This document shows positions 10,871-23,630 of a stretch of 39,414 bases of DNA, piece by piece. The translations under genes were made by a program, and so were the position numbers. The notes under the pieces are model-generated. The model made no database searches. It had not been told where the DNA came from and was given only the letters and a program-made list of their open reading frames with translations. This DNA is from Octopus bimaculoides. Its lineage: Eukaryota. The stretch spans positions 5,848,856-5,888,269 of the forward strand of contig NC_069003.1 in assembly GCF_001194135.2 (NCBI RefSeq). Reading direction: 5' to 3'. Every line of letters begins with the position of its first letter. The first letter of the stretch is position 1.

Positions 10871-11405
10871 TTATACAGGGTGCACCAGGCGACTGAGAGC
10901 AAAACAAGACATGAAACAGTAACAAAAAAAAACAAGGAAAACAAAACAAAAACCAACATGCATTGAGAAAAACAGCCCACTTATTTAATTAGATACATCA
11001 AAGAAACAAATCATTCAACAAAACTTACTCCTAATGTCATTTCCTGTTGTGGCCATGGAAAGAACCCCTGCTAAGATTGGGTGGGTGCTCTACAGTTGTC
11101 CTTCTCATGATGGCAGCTCCTAATGAGTTTTTGGCACTTTGGGACCACCAGCTGGTTCCTACCTCGCAACAATGGTGTAGATGTAGCTGTTTGGGGGTTT
11201 AAATTAGGAGAGCTGGGGGCCACATGATGCTTATGGGGGAGGGGTTCACATGGTCTCATGGTTGTCCTGAGTTTTGTTGGACATGATCTACTTTCTCCTC
11301 ATCATGCAAAACACTTGATAATGGACCCTTGAAACCCAAGCTACTCCATAATGGCCTTTGTTTGACCAACTGGAATAATTATCATTATTATTATCATTTT
11401 TATTA

Positions 11406-11620
11406 AGGCAGTGAGGTGGCAGAATTTTTAGCATGCTGGGCAAAAAGCTTAGTAGCATTTCATCTGTTTTTAGGTTCTGAGTTCAAATTCCTCCTGGGTC
11501 AAGTTTGCCATTCATCTTTCCAGGGTCGATAAAATATGTACCAGTTGAGCACTGGGGGCAATGTTATTGACTTACCCCTGTCCATGAAATTTGCTGGTCT
11601 TGTGCTAAAATTTGAAATCA
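11406..11620 (+). mobile_element. SINE family N (Deu/Nin-like core)
   Basis: ctgagttcaaattcc B box, then ttcatctttccagggtcgataaaatatgtaccag. Confidence 0.8.
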
Positions 11621-12822
11621 AAATAACTAACTTAGATGCTTAAAGGTGGTGCCTCAGCATGGCCTGAAACCATGTAAGCGAAACCAGTAAAGCTGTGTAC
11701 TAGAAATATAATATATCTCTAAATATCTGTATGTATTTATACCATAAAATTCTCATGAGAAACTAAAATTAAAAGTATAATATCTGGGGAATTTTACCAA
11801 TTTTATTAAGAAATAAACTGAAACGAATCTCTACCCCCTTATGTATTCTTTCATTACGTTCCATATCATTTTTCTTTTACGTGTTTCAGTCACTTGACTG
11901 TGGTCATGCTGGGGCACTACCTTGAAGAATTTTAGTTGAATGAATCAACCCTAGTAAGTTCTTTCTTTTTAAGCCAGGTACTTACTCTATCAATCCCTTT
12001 TGCCAAACTGCTAAGTTACAGGGACATAAACACACCAACACCAGGTGGGGGTGGGGGTGCAAATACATACACACACACACACACACACATATGACATCAC
12101 AAGCAGACCACCTTTGTTTTACATGATCAGTTTATTAACTAACCAATCAGCGTGGAGCGGTGGTGTGGGCAGGTTTTCTCAAACATTCCAGAACCTGGCT
12201 TCCAGTCCCTTACAATAACAGTTCAGCATGCATTACACCCAGATGACCCAGGAAGGTGGCTGAGGCAGATAGCACCGATAAATGATAAGAACCTCCGTCA
12301 CCACGAATATAGCACAATTGTTTCCAGTTATGTTGGACAAGCTGCAGTTTGTCATACCATCCCAAGCAGTGCTTCTCTTCCAGTATTGCTGTTGTTATCT
12401 GTAAAAGGCCAACGTAGTTTTGACTTTGTGCAATAATATAATCTTTTTAAATGTTTGTGGGTGTTGTTCACTTACTTCTAACTGCAGCCCAAGAAACATT
12501 TTTCATTCATCAACTCAACCAGTCACCCCAACAACTTTCTTCGGTCTGCAAATGATAGATTGGACAGTGTAGTCTTGAATATATCATTTTATGTCCGGTT
12601 TCCATCATGGCAGGGGTGGCATGGGCTGATGGTTGATAAATAGAGATCTGTGATATGATTATCTAGGCTAACAACTGGGCTTTATATTATTGGCAGCAGT
12701 GCTTCAGCATGGCCTTGATCCGGTGATTGACACTAGTAAAAGAATAAAATGGCAATGACTGACGAGGGTGATGACAATAACAATGATGACAGTAGTGGTG
12801 ATAATAGAGCAGAGGTGTTGGT

Positions 12823-13085
12823 CAGGGCCAGATTAAGACTCAAAGAGGCCCTAATAACTTAAGAGATTTTGGTGCCCTCATATATACATGTAATCCAAAA
12901 TATAAACAATAATAAACCATAAAATAGATTTTTATTTTTCAAAATGAAGCAAAACTAACAGCAAGATGGAAAATAATGTTTAGTTTTGTATATTTTTACT
13001 TAATTTATATTTGAAAAGTTTTCTACTTGCTTTCATTGCAAAGTCATTGATCAGATCTTCGCTATGATATCAAGAACGAAGCACT
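12823..13085 (-). mobile_element. hAT transposon 3' end with the transposase C-terminal remnant
   Basis: Terminus cagggccagattaagac. The minus strand of ~13015-13070 reads YHSEDLINDFAMKASRKLF, like the end of the hAT dimerisation domain. A second copy of the same terminal region lies at 17532-17750. Confidence 0.7.
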
Positions 13086-13310
13086 TTAACCCTTTAACAT
13101 TAAGATTATTCCGTCAAATGTGATGTTTATTTATCCACATTGTTTTGAATTAATCATGGATTATCTCATAGCATTGAGATTTCAATGATGTGATTGTTTA
13201 CTTTTAGAATGACATTGTAGGATAGGTGTGAGAAGTCAGATCTGGCTGATCTGAACATAAGACAGCTGGAATATTTGGGCAGGATATGGCCAGTTTAAAT
13301 GCTAATGAGT
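13086..13310 (+). mobile_element. piggyBac-like MITE (TTAA-CCCTTT end)
   Basis: ttaaccctttaacatt...aaatgctaatgag. The family recurs at 15920-16017, 24976-25432, 27890-28030 and 36366-36570. Confidence 0.7.
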
Positions 13311-13374
13311 CGAGGCATTTTTCTTTCTGTTGCTCTAATGACGGAGCCAGCTTGCTGCCTTAAAAATTAATAAT

Positions 13375-13383
13375 AATAATAGC

Positions 13384-13432
<49 letters not shown>

Positions 13433-13445
13433 GCAATAATAATAA
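13375..13445. repeat. (AAT)n microsatellite
   Basis: Direct inspection. Confidence 0.95.
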
Positions 13446-13702
13446 CAAAAGCACCCAGAGAGTGCAAACCTCTGCCAACACAACACCAACAATTAACTAG
13501 AGATAATTTTTCAAATGAGAATATCTGAAATAAAATCCTTTAATGAATATCATGAGACCTTTTGGTTTTCTCTTAAATTCCGGTTTTCCTTTAGCAATCC
13601 TGCTGTTTTAGATCAGTGTACAGAATTATGTATATATGTAAGTATGCTGTAAAGTGTTCAAATGTATGTATAATCTCCTAATATAATAATGAGTGTTGTC
13701 TT

Positions 13703-13751
<49 letters not shown>

Positions 13752-14218
13752 CACACATATATAAAATAGAGCTGGTGTGAGAGGTGAAGGTAGAGGAGAT
13801 AAATGGCAAAGAGAGAATTGTATGAATGAGAAAGGAAGGAGTGAAAAAGTCAATAAAGAGCATTTGAAGTGTGTGTGTGTGTGTGTAAAAGAGAGGTATG
13901 TTTGCATGCATGTGTGTGTGTGTACAATGGAAATAGGATGGTAATGTTCAACACTGAAAATGTGTGTGTGTGTGTGTACAAGAAAACTTTGTGAAACTTT
14001 ACATATACATGTAAAGTAAAAAAAACAGGAAAAATAATCTAGAGTCCTTGTCCAGAACTGGATCGATCCCCAAATCTAATCAGTTCATGCCAGTCATGAG
14101 GCCAAACATCCCTAAAAGTTTCATCCGAATCCATCCAGTGGTTCTTGAGATATCTTGTCCACGGACAAACAAACACGACTGAAAACAATACCTCCGCCTT
14201 CGCTAAGGCAGAGATAAT
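13445..14218. mobile_element. Probable non-autonomous DNA element with acctc(c/t)gcc...ggc(g/a)gag end motifs, containing later microsatellites
   Basis: Left end aagcacccagagagtgcaaacctctgccaa, right end aatacctccgccttcgctaaggcagagataa. It resembles Crypton-like non-autonomous families, but this is recall only. Confidence 0.35.
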
Positions 14219-14230
14219 AATAATAATAAT

Positions 14231-14664
14231 AATCCTTTCTACTCTAGGCGCAAGGCCTGAAATTTGTGGGGAGGGGACTAGTCAGTTACATTGACCCCAG
14301 CGTTTGACTGGCACTTATTTTATCAACACTGAAAGGGTGAAAGGCAAAGTCGACCGAATTTGAACTCAGAACCTAAAGACAGACAAAATGCTGCTAAGTA
14401 TTTTACCTGGCATGCTAACGATTCTGCCAGATTGCTACCTTCATGATAATAATAATAATGGTTTCAAATTTTGCCACAAGGGCAGCAGTTTTGGGAGGAG
14501 GGATGAGTCAATTACATCAACCCCGTGTTCAACTGGTACTTATTTTATCGACTTCAAAAGGATGAATTTAACCTCGGCAGAATTTGAACTCAGAACGTAG
14601 TGATGGGCGAAATACCACTAAGAATTTTGTCCAGCATGCTAGCGATTCTGCCAGCCCACTGCTT

Positions 14665-14668
<4 letters not shown>
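14231..14668 (-). mobile_element. Two tandem SINE family N copies
   Basis: 14231-14435 and 14456-14668 both contain tgaaaggcaaagtcgacc or aaaaggatgaa...aatttgaactcagaac...atgcta.cgattctgccag. Confidence 0.8.
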
Positions 14669-14709
<41 letters not shown>

Positions 14710-15629
14710 CAACAACAACAACAATTTAAATAGGAATTTTTTTTAAATCTAGCTTTTCACTGGAATTTACTTGAAGTTTAAATTTAAATTTCTCATTAAA
14801 CGCCCCCTCAAATTTTGGTTTATGGAAAAATTCATTTTATGAATTAGTAATTTCATATCAAAAATATTCAATAAGTAAATAAAATTAAAAAAATAAAACT
14901 ACAGGGTAAAAAAAAATGTGTTAAAATTTCCATTTTCATTTTACAAAATCTTAGAAATATTTTAAAATTCCAATCCATTTTCTATTTCTGTGTGTGCGTG
15001 TGTGTGTATATATGTTCATGGATATATATGTGTTCATGTATATGTATGTTTGTATGTATACATTTGTGTGTATTATGTGTATATGTGTGTGATATAGTGT
15101 GTTTATATGTGTGTGTGTGTATTTTGTGGGTGATGTGTGTGTACATATATTTATGTGTGCGTGTTATGTATATGTGGTGCATATATATGTATTATGTGTA
15201 TGTTTTTTTTTTGTTTGTTTGTTTTAAGAGGAAAATACTGGATTTTTTTTTATTGAAACCTGATCCCTACTAACACAAACATCCCTTTATACAGAAGCAA
15301 CTATATTCTTTCGTTAGCTCACTCCCCTCCCTCTCCCATTTCATTTATTATTCTTTCATTATTTTTTATTAGCTTTAGTCAATAAACTCTGGCCATACTG
15401 CAGCATCACTTCCTTCATAGTTTTATTTGGGGATTGCTACTTAACAAGAAAACCAACTCATAAAATGTTGCAGGATGTGTGGTGAAGAAGATTGCTTTGC
15501 TACCACATGGTTTCAGGTTCAATCCCACTGCTTAGTACCTTAAGCAATTGGCTTCTACTGTAGCCTCAGTTCAGCCAGTGGTTTGTGAGTAAATTTTTGT
15601 AGACAGAAACTGTGTTGAAGCCTGTTGTG

Positions 15630-15687
<58 letters not shown>

Positions 15688-16224
15688 GGTTCACCTTCCA
15701 CACCATCACTACTTGACAGTTGGTTTGGGTTTGTTTATGTCTCCATAACTTAGCAATTTAATAAAAGTAACTGATATAATAAGTACAACACTTACAAAAA
15801 ATGTAAGTACATGGGATGATTTGTTCAAGGCAGTGCTCCAGTATGGCCACAATCCAATGACTGAAACAGATAAGAGATAAAAATCACACACACACACATA
15901 TGCATGAGTATGCACATAGCTTTGATATTTTCATGATGTGATTGTTTATGTTTAGAAGGACATTGTAGGATTGGTGTGAGAGGCTGGATATGGCTGGCTT
16001 GGATGCTAAAGGGTTAATTTAACACCTGTCTGGTTGATCACCACCACCGCCACTGCCAGCGCTGTCACCGATGCCTCCTCCTTTAGAGAACACTCTTGTA
16101 AGCATTTGGAGAAAATCATTTGTCTGAGAATACCAGTATCCTCATCCCTTTCTCTCATTAGTCTTGGAGACGTTTCAAAAACGTGGCACCAGTATTGCCT
16201 CTCGCTTTCTGACTAAACTACAAA

Positions 16225-16612
16225 CAAGCATGGCTGAGTGGTAAGAAGTTTGCTTCCCAACCACCTGGTTCTAAGTTCAGTCCCACTTTGGACAAGTGTC
16301 TTGTACTATGAGCCTTGCACCAACCAAAGCCTTCGGAATGGATTTGGTGAATGGAAACTGAAAGAAGCCTTTTGTGTGTATATATATATATATATACATC
16401 TATGTGTGTATGTCTTTGTTTGGTTCCCATCCCACCTCTACCGCTTGTTAACCACTGTTGGTGTGTTTACATCCACATAACTTAGCAGTTTGGCAAAAGG
16501 AGACCAATAGAATAAGTATCAGGCTTTAAAAAAAATGAGTACTGGGGTTGATTCAGTTGACTAAAACCCTTCAAGGTGGGACCCCAATGACTGAAATGAG
16601 TAAAGGATAAAA
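16225..16612 (+). mobile_element. SINE family A, near full length
   Basis: Head, core, (TA/TG)n middle and tail all present. Confidence 0.85.
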
Positions 16613-16950
16613 GGTTTTTGTGGTGATGATGATGATGATGATAATGTTTAAGCTGAGGGAACACTTAACTGCTATTTCATGAAACCTCCTAACCACAGGT
16701 AAATGCTTTCCAGTTTATTCTGGGAATGTTACACAATGGAATCTGAAAACCTAGTCGTCAGCAAAAATAAAATTCTCTTTTCACTTCATACATGAGAACT
16801 TTGAATTAAGTTCCTGCTCTAATTATTTGGAAGACAATTTACATTTTTAATGAGTTATGTGGAAATTAAAAGGAAATTATATTTCTCAGATTACATACAC
16901 ACACACACACGGTCCTTTGAATACATACACATTCCTATATGTACATGCTT

Positions 16951-16984
<34 letters not shown>

Positions 16985-18244
16985 CCTCAATTGCATATAT
17001 CACTCTTCAATACACAAGTATTCACTTGAACACACCTACTTACACATTCACACACTCACCACAACACGCATACACATGCTGTCTCACACACTCTAACACA
17101 TACACACTCACACACACACTCCCTCTAATAAAGGCACACACACTTATATTCTTTTATATTTATTTGCTTTCATTCTTCAGGCCACGGTCATGCTGCAGCA
17201 TTGCATTCAAAGACTGATTATATCAACCCCAATATTTTTTCCTGGTATCTACTTTATCAGTTCCAGAGTATTTGGGGGTGGGTGAGGGAGGCACCAATTT
17301 TATTTTGCTATCCAGCACAATATTCTTACAAACACACACACACACACACATTCCATACAGCTTCCAGCCTGGAACACTTCCCACATCAGCTGACCCAGAG
17401 GTCACAGCTATTTCTACACCTTCCAACTACTTGTTTGTGCTTTTTAGCACCACTGCCAAGTAGTAGCGATGTCACTAGAGGAATGTCCCAAACTCTGTTT
17501 GCCCCAGATTGTTCTCCCCTATCTCTGCAGTCAGAGACAGATTAAGACCCATAGAGACCCAAAACACTTAAAAGATTTCGGTGACCCTATAATTCAAAAT
17601 GTAAACAATAATAAACCATAAAATGAATTTTCATTTTTTCAAAATGAAATAAAATTAACAGTAAAAGGAAAATAAAGTTTGTTTTTGCAATCTTAGATTT
17701 TATTTATATTTGAGAAATTTTCTCCTCCCTTTTTTCGCTTGCAATATTAATCTTAGAAAGCACATCTGATAGATATGTTTACCATTTTTTTGGTGCTGCT
17801 GCCTTCCCTTGATGTCCTAAGCATGTACTTATTTTGCTTAATGGTTAATCCAGCACTGCCTGCTGCCACCCCCACAGGATCAGATGCACTTGTAGCTACT
17901 CCTGCCACACAGCAATTGTTTTGTTTTTCTACATTCTGAGGATTAGTTCTTTGCTCTCAGCTTTAGTCTTTCCCTTACATATATCTGTTCATATCCAGGC
18001 ATGGCCGTGTAGCTATGAAGCTTGCTGCCTGACCATATGGTTCTAGGTTCAGTTCCACAATGTGGACCCTTGGGCAAGTGTCTTCTATGATAGCCACATT
18101 TGGGAAACGGGTGCATTCAGTGCACTTTTACCATTTGGGTCATGGCTTTTATTAGTAATCAGCATTTGTAATGTGACATCATTAATTAATTACCAAATTC
18201 AGAAACATATGTAACGGATGTAATAAAGGAATGCCACATTCATT

Positions 18245-18261
18245 ACCATGTTTTCTCTCGT

Positions 18262-18316
<55 letters not shown>
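18245..18316. repeat. (TG)n microsatellite at the tail of a SINE
   Basis: Direct inspection. Confidence 0.9.
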
Positions 18317-18317
<1 letters not shown>

Positions 18318-18528
18318 TTTTATCGAGTTTCAGTCATTTGACTGTGGCCATGCTGAAGCACCGCCTTAAAGGGTTTTAGTCAAACAAGTCGACCCCAGGA
18401 AGTATTTTTTATAAACCTAGTACTCGGTTTCTTTTGCCAGACTGCTAAGTTACGGGGACATAAAGACACCAACACCAATTGTCAAGCAATGGTGGGGGGA
18501 CAAACACAGACACAAAGACACACACACA

Positions 18529-18576
<48 letters not shown>

Positions 18577-18735
18577 ATGGCCTTCCACCAGTTTCTATCT
18601 CACCAAATCCACTCACAATGCTTTGGTTGGCCTCAGGCTATAGTGGAAGACACTTGCCTAAAGGATACATGTGGGACTGAACCTGGAACCATGTGGTCGG
18701 GAAGCAAGCCTCTTACCACACAGCCATGCCTGCAC
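18315..18735 (-). mobile_element. SINE family A, near full length
   Basis: All family blocks present, with an expanded (CA)n middle. Confidence 0.85.
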
Positions 18736-19279
18736 CTGTGTGCGTGTGTATATCTATGCATGTATGTAAAAGTCTGATCAACACAGGATGCTGTTTATAC
18801 CATTTGTTCCCTATGCATGCTAACCACATCACTTTACTGGAAGTAGGCTGGGTGTTTAGTACTTTATATGGAGTTCTAAATTCAATGGTAGCAGTCATTC
18901 CTCTAATTGTACACACAGGAACCACCACCACTACTACTACTACTACTGGTATGTGTATGTGTATATATATAGGTATATAACATATGTATGTGTAGCTGGG
19001 GGGGTATATTGTGTTGTATTTTTCAAATTTCTCACTAATGGAGGAAACGCTGGTTTCTAATCTAGAAACCTGACTCTTTCACTGGAATTTAAACAACATA
19101 AACCAGGGTTATCTTTTATGTATGTATGTATACATCTATGTTTGCATGTACATGTGTATGCATATACATGTGTATGTGCAACTGTACCCTGAGGTTCAGG
19201 CACAGATAGCTTTGCTTATGTTTGTATTTATTTATTTATTTATGTGTGTGTGTGCGTAGGTATGTGTGTACATGAGTGA

Positions 19280-19585
19280 GTGAAGGCACATGGCTCAGTG
19301 GTTAGGGTATTTGGCTCACAGACATAAGGCTGTGAATTCGATTCCGTGAGCAAGGCACTTTATTTCATGCTCCTCCAATCCACTCAGCTGGTAAAACTGA
19401 AGTGTACCTGTAACTCAAAGGGACAGCCCTGTCACATTTCGAGTGACGTTGAATCTGCCTGAGAACTACATTAAGGGTATACGTGTCTGGAGTACTCAGC
19501 CACTTGCACATTAACTTCACAAGCAGGATGTCCCATCAGTTGGATCAACTGGAACTGTCATTGTTGTAACCAATGGAATGCCAGT
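19280..19585 (+). mobile_element. tRNA-derived SINE family C
   Basis: gtgaaggcacatggctcagtggttagggta (A box), gaattcgattcc (B box) and tgagcaaggcactttattt core. A second copy lies at 30310-30635 and a head fragment at 31190-31310. Confidence 0.8.
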
Positions 19586-19596
19586 TATATATAATT

Positions 19597-19812
19597 GAGG
19601 GGAGGGGCTGAAAAGTTCCTGGCTTTGGGTAAAAGAAAATACAGGAGGATCAGTTAAATATGATTTATTCAACATATTCCCCTCTTGGATTCACACGGTT
19701 ATTGCAACGGTCCTTCAGTTTTTTCTAAGCCTTGTAAAAGAACTTGGAAGGTTGGGCCTCCAAACAGGCCTTTTATGATATCCTTAAAACCAGGAACTTT
19801 TCAGCACCTCCT
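19597..19812 (-). mobile_element. Internally deleted mariner element with both TIRs, same family as 8748-8936
   Basis: gctgaaaagttcctggcttt ... aaaaccaggaacttttcagcacctcct. The minus strand carries the ...RGEYVE* C-terminus. Confidence 0.8.
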
Positions 19813-20380
19813 TGTGTGTGTATATGTGTGCATATATATTTTCTACATTCAATAGGCTTTTGCTTATCCAGTTGCCTTTGTGAGGCATTAGTTGACACAA
19901 GGGTATGGTAGAAGAAACTTACCCAACTATAGGATTAAATCCCGAACTATGCTTTAGCAAACTCTAAACTTCTTAACCATATAGCCAACTAACCAGATGG
20001 GACCCACCCAACTTCATTATTTGCACAACAATCCACTCAAAAGTAGCTTTACTTATTCTCTCTCAAAGTAAACAGTGTGTTCCATCCATCCTCTCTCTCT
20101 TTCTCTCTCTCTCCTAAATCAATTTACAGTTATTTCATCCCAACTTTGGCTTCCTTATTTTTTAATAACTTCCAGAATTTCTAAAAATAACATTGTGTAA
20201 ATTTCAGGCTAAAAAATCCAGCAAGAAGCAGTCTATCGGCATGTGGTTCCGTATTCTGATATTGGCAAAGGAAAAAAATAAAGTAAAATAAAATAAAATA
20301 AAGTAACTAAACAAATAAATACATGAAAAAATGTATAAGCAAATGTTTAAGAAAATATTTCAATTATTTATGTTTTGTAG

Positions 20381-20463
20381 GGCAATGGCTGGAGGGAAGA
20401 GTGTATCAGAGAATTACGCTTTTGCAGGAATGCATCATATTTTTGATCAACATGCTGCTTCTG
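20381..20463 (+). CDS. WDR13: WD repeat protein 13, internal coding exon A (83 nt, phase 2 to phase 1)
   Basis: Acceptor tgttttgtag| and donor |gtgagt. Translates (R)[27 protein letters not shown](V), matching the recalled human WDR13 segment [25 protein letters not shown]. Visible inside ORF-track entry 20331..20603. Confidence 0.93.
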
Positions 20464-21809
20464 GTGAGTTTCAAATATTTCATTCTACATATTCCTGTCA
20501 AAGACTTCCAAGATCTTCTTCTTCCATCATGTATTTTGGTAAAATCAACAGCATTATCAATCACAGGTTTCTAATGGACCGATTACTGGTCTGCTATTTT
20601 TGATGAGGGTGGGGCAGAAGAGGACCAAAGGATTGTTTGTGTAACTCGGGCAGAGTAAATATCACACAAGGTATTATTATTGTTTTGTTTGACACATTGG
20701 TTTATGGAAAATTTTCTTATCAATGTGCATCTCTTTCACTGACACATACACGTGCACACATCATCATCGTCATCATTTTCTTCATTGTCATCATCATCAT
20801 CATCATTGTGTTTGTTGTCAACATTATCATCACCATCATCATCTTCTGCCTCCTCCTCATAACCTCCTTCATCATTGGGCCATAAACAAACCAACACTTG
20901 TTGGTGATGGTCACAAACACAAATACACACACACACATATATATATCCTGCTCAGTTGAGGGAGTCTTAACTTGTGGGTACTTGACAACCTCACCAGCAC
21001 TAGTACCACATAGAAAGCACCCAGTACACTCTGTTAAGTTGTTGGCATTAGGAAGGGCATCCAGCTGTAGAAACTATGCCAAAGTAGATACAGAACCTCT
21101 TGTTCATCTGTTCCTGTAAAACCATCCAACCCATACCAGCATGGAAAAAAGAATGCTAAACAATAATGAAGATATGTCAGGATTCCACACAGTTTCCATC
21201 TACTAAATTCACTCACACGGCATTGGTTTATAACAGAAGACACTTGCTCAAAGTGCCACACAGTAGGACTAAACCCCAAACCAAACTGAGTTGCTTCACC
21301 ACACACCCATGCCAGCACCCCTGAGCCATGTTATAAATTTATTGTTTAAATCCCACCCCAAAAAATATCAGCAACACTTAACCAAATTATGAATTAATCA
21401 CCACCAACACTTGAAACTCAGTTGTACAACCAAAACCATGAATTGTCATGTGATTATCTCACACCAATTAATTAATTCCTTTTGTTCAGGTCTTCATTAT
21501 TTTATAATCTCCACAAGTGTGATAGGTGCTTTGGATCTCTCATGTTCAGTTATTTCTTCAGTATATAAACAATTGACAATAATAAAAAAATTAAAAAAAT
21601 AAAAAAGATAAAAAAAAACAACCAAAGTCAAAGAACAAAAAAAAAATTCTTTCATTTTTATTAATAATTATTGCTGATTAGATAAAAATCTAATTCAGTT
21701 TCATTTAGTTGTTGAATATTAACGATTATTAATTCATTCACTTTCTGAGTTGTTTATGGTAATCTGTCTTATTCTCTGATACTGACTTGTGGGCTGAGCA
21801 ACACCACCA

Positions 21810-21840
<31 letters not shown>

Positions 21841-22136
21841 CAATGACACTGATAAAAGAGTACAGAATCAAAAGAATCCCCCATCATTGTCACCAATGTT
21901 AACTTTTCTGTGCTTGAATGAGTGGGGCAGAATTTGTTGTGGCAGATTTTGCTGTGATCAGACGGCTTTCTTGTCATCACCATTCACTTGTTTCCATGTA
22001 AGGTAATATTTCCTCTTGGCTGAATATGTTTTCACAGAAAACTAGAAGCAAATGACACCACCTGTATAATGTCAACTTCATTTACGACTTATGTGATGTG
22101 AAGACAAGGAAACACCAAAACAGACAGACACACACA

Positions 22137-22172
<36 letters not shown>

Positions 22173-22704
22173 ACATACACATTATCATCATCATCATCAT
22201 TTCACATCTGTTTTCCATGTTGGCATGGGTTAGATGGTTCGACAGGATCCAGCCAGCAGCAGGGCTGTGCTGATTTTCAGTGATAACTCTAGTGTGATTT
22301 CTATGATAGGATGTCCTTCCTAATGCCAACCATATTACAGTGTGTACTGGGTACTTTTTCTAGTGAGGTTGTGGAGAAACTTGTAAAACAGTAAAAGAAC
22401 AGAAAAAGGAAAAGGGAAAAGTTCCTACAACTAAGAGTGTGGGTTCCATCTATCTCTCAACGCTTAGATTGGTAGCTTCTAGATTTCACTATAGTGTTTT
22501 GATGGAGTTCTTTCTGTCTCTCATTCCTTCAGCTCAGGAATACTCTAGTGGTAGTGTGCATGAAATATTTGACTGCAGTTCATTTCAACTCTTCAATTTA
22601 TGGTCCCATTGATCCCAACTTTTGTTTGTGATAAGGCTAATCATATACATACATACATACAGAATTGATATCCTAAAACCACCTTAGTATTGCTTATGCA
22701 TGGA

Positions 22705-22885
22705 TGGTGCTGGTGCCATATAAAAAAAACACTAGTGCTGGTCCCACAAAAAAAACACTGGTGCTGGTCCCACAAAAAACTACTGGTACTGGTCCCACAA
22801 AAAAATACTGGTGCTGGTCCCACAAAAAAATACTGGTGCTGGTACCACATAAAAAACACACTGGTGCTGCCATGTAAAAAGCACT
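22705..22885 (+). repeat. Minisatellite of about 7 units of 25-28 bp (tggtgctggtcccacaaaaaaa.ac) inside a (GAT)n-tailed retroposon
   Basis: Tandem units seen directly. The array runs into catgtaaaaagcactgtaaagtagttggcattaggaagggcatccagc. Confidence 0.9.
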
Positions 22886-23589
22886 GTAAAGTAGTTGGCA
22901 TTAGGAAGGGCATCCAGCTGTAGAAAACATGCAAAACAGACTATGGAACATGGTGAGACTCCTGGCCTTGCCAGCTCCCATCAAACTGTCCAACCCATGC
23001 CAGCTTGAAAAATGGACGTTAAATGATGATTATGCTCCTCGTATTAATTGAAAGCAGACAACATACATGGCGTGTTTGAATCATTAAAGATACTTTTGTA
23101 GCACTCTAGCCTGTTAACATGGGGCAAGTGAAATCGAAATTGAACCAAATTCAATGACTGGCACAGGTGCCAGTGGAACACTAACAGCACCATCCAAGCA
23201 GGAATCACTGCCACCCCATATTTTAGTAACTACACAATACATACTGCAGCACTAAGATGTTAATTTACTTACTGAAAAGCAATATTTTGTTCTGCTGATA
23301 CTCTGAGAGTCACATCTGACAAACCACATGCATAGATCTTTGCGTTGCAAATTTTTCTGGATGGTTAATCATTTGCCGTTTTCAGATCAGCCAAATGCAA
23401 ATCAATTCTGTAAATGTTTCCCCAGCACACTGCAACAAGAGAGCTTGTGAGTAAAAATACAATAAAAGAAAACCAGAAACATCTTTGTTTAGTAATTAAA
23501 AAAAAAATCTTAAGTACGTTGAAGTTAAAACAAGAAGATTGAACATTGAAAGCAGCTTAACAAATGACTGTTTTAAAAGAAACTCAATT

Positions 23590-23630
<41 letters not shown>

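Noticed and set aside
12152-12436. 94-aa ORF in non-repetitive-looking sequence
   Set aside because: No recognisable domain in any frame or strand and no convincing splice pair. It may be an old TE remnant.
17361-17400. FQPGTLPTSADPE, resembling human WDR13 PGSVVPTSAAEASR, as the missing upstream exon
   Set aside because: It ends in phase 0 whereas exon A needs phase 2, the donor (gtcaca) is weak, and the similarity is too short to trust.
19280-19345. tRNA genes at SINE heads with A and B boxes
   Set aside because: No complete cloverleaf is present, and each head continues into a SINE body found in multiple copies.
20720-20959. His-rich and Asp-rich ORFs, also at 28340-28590
   Set aside because: They are degenerate (CAT/GAT)n trinucleotide repeats.
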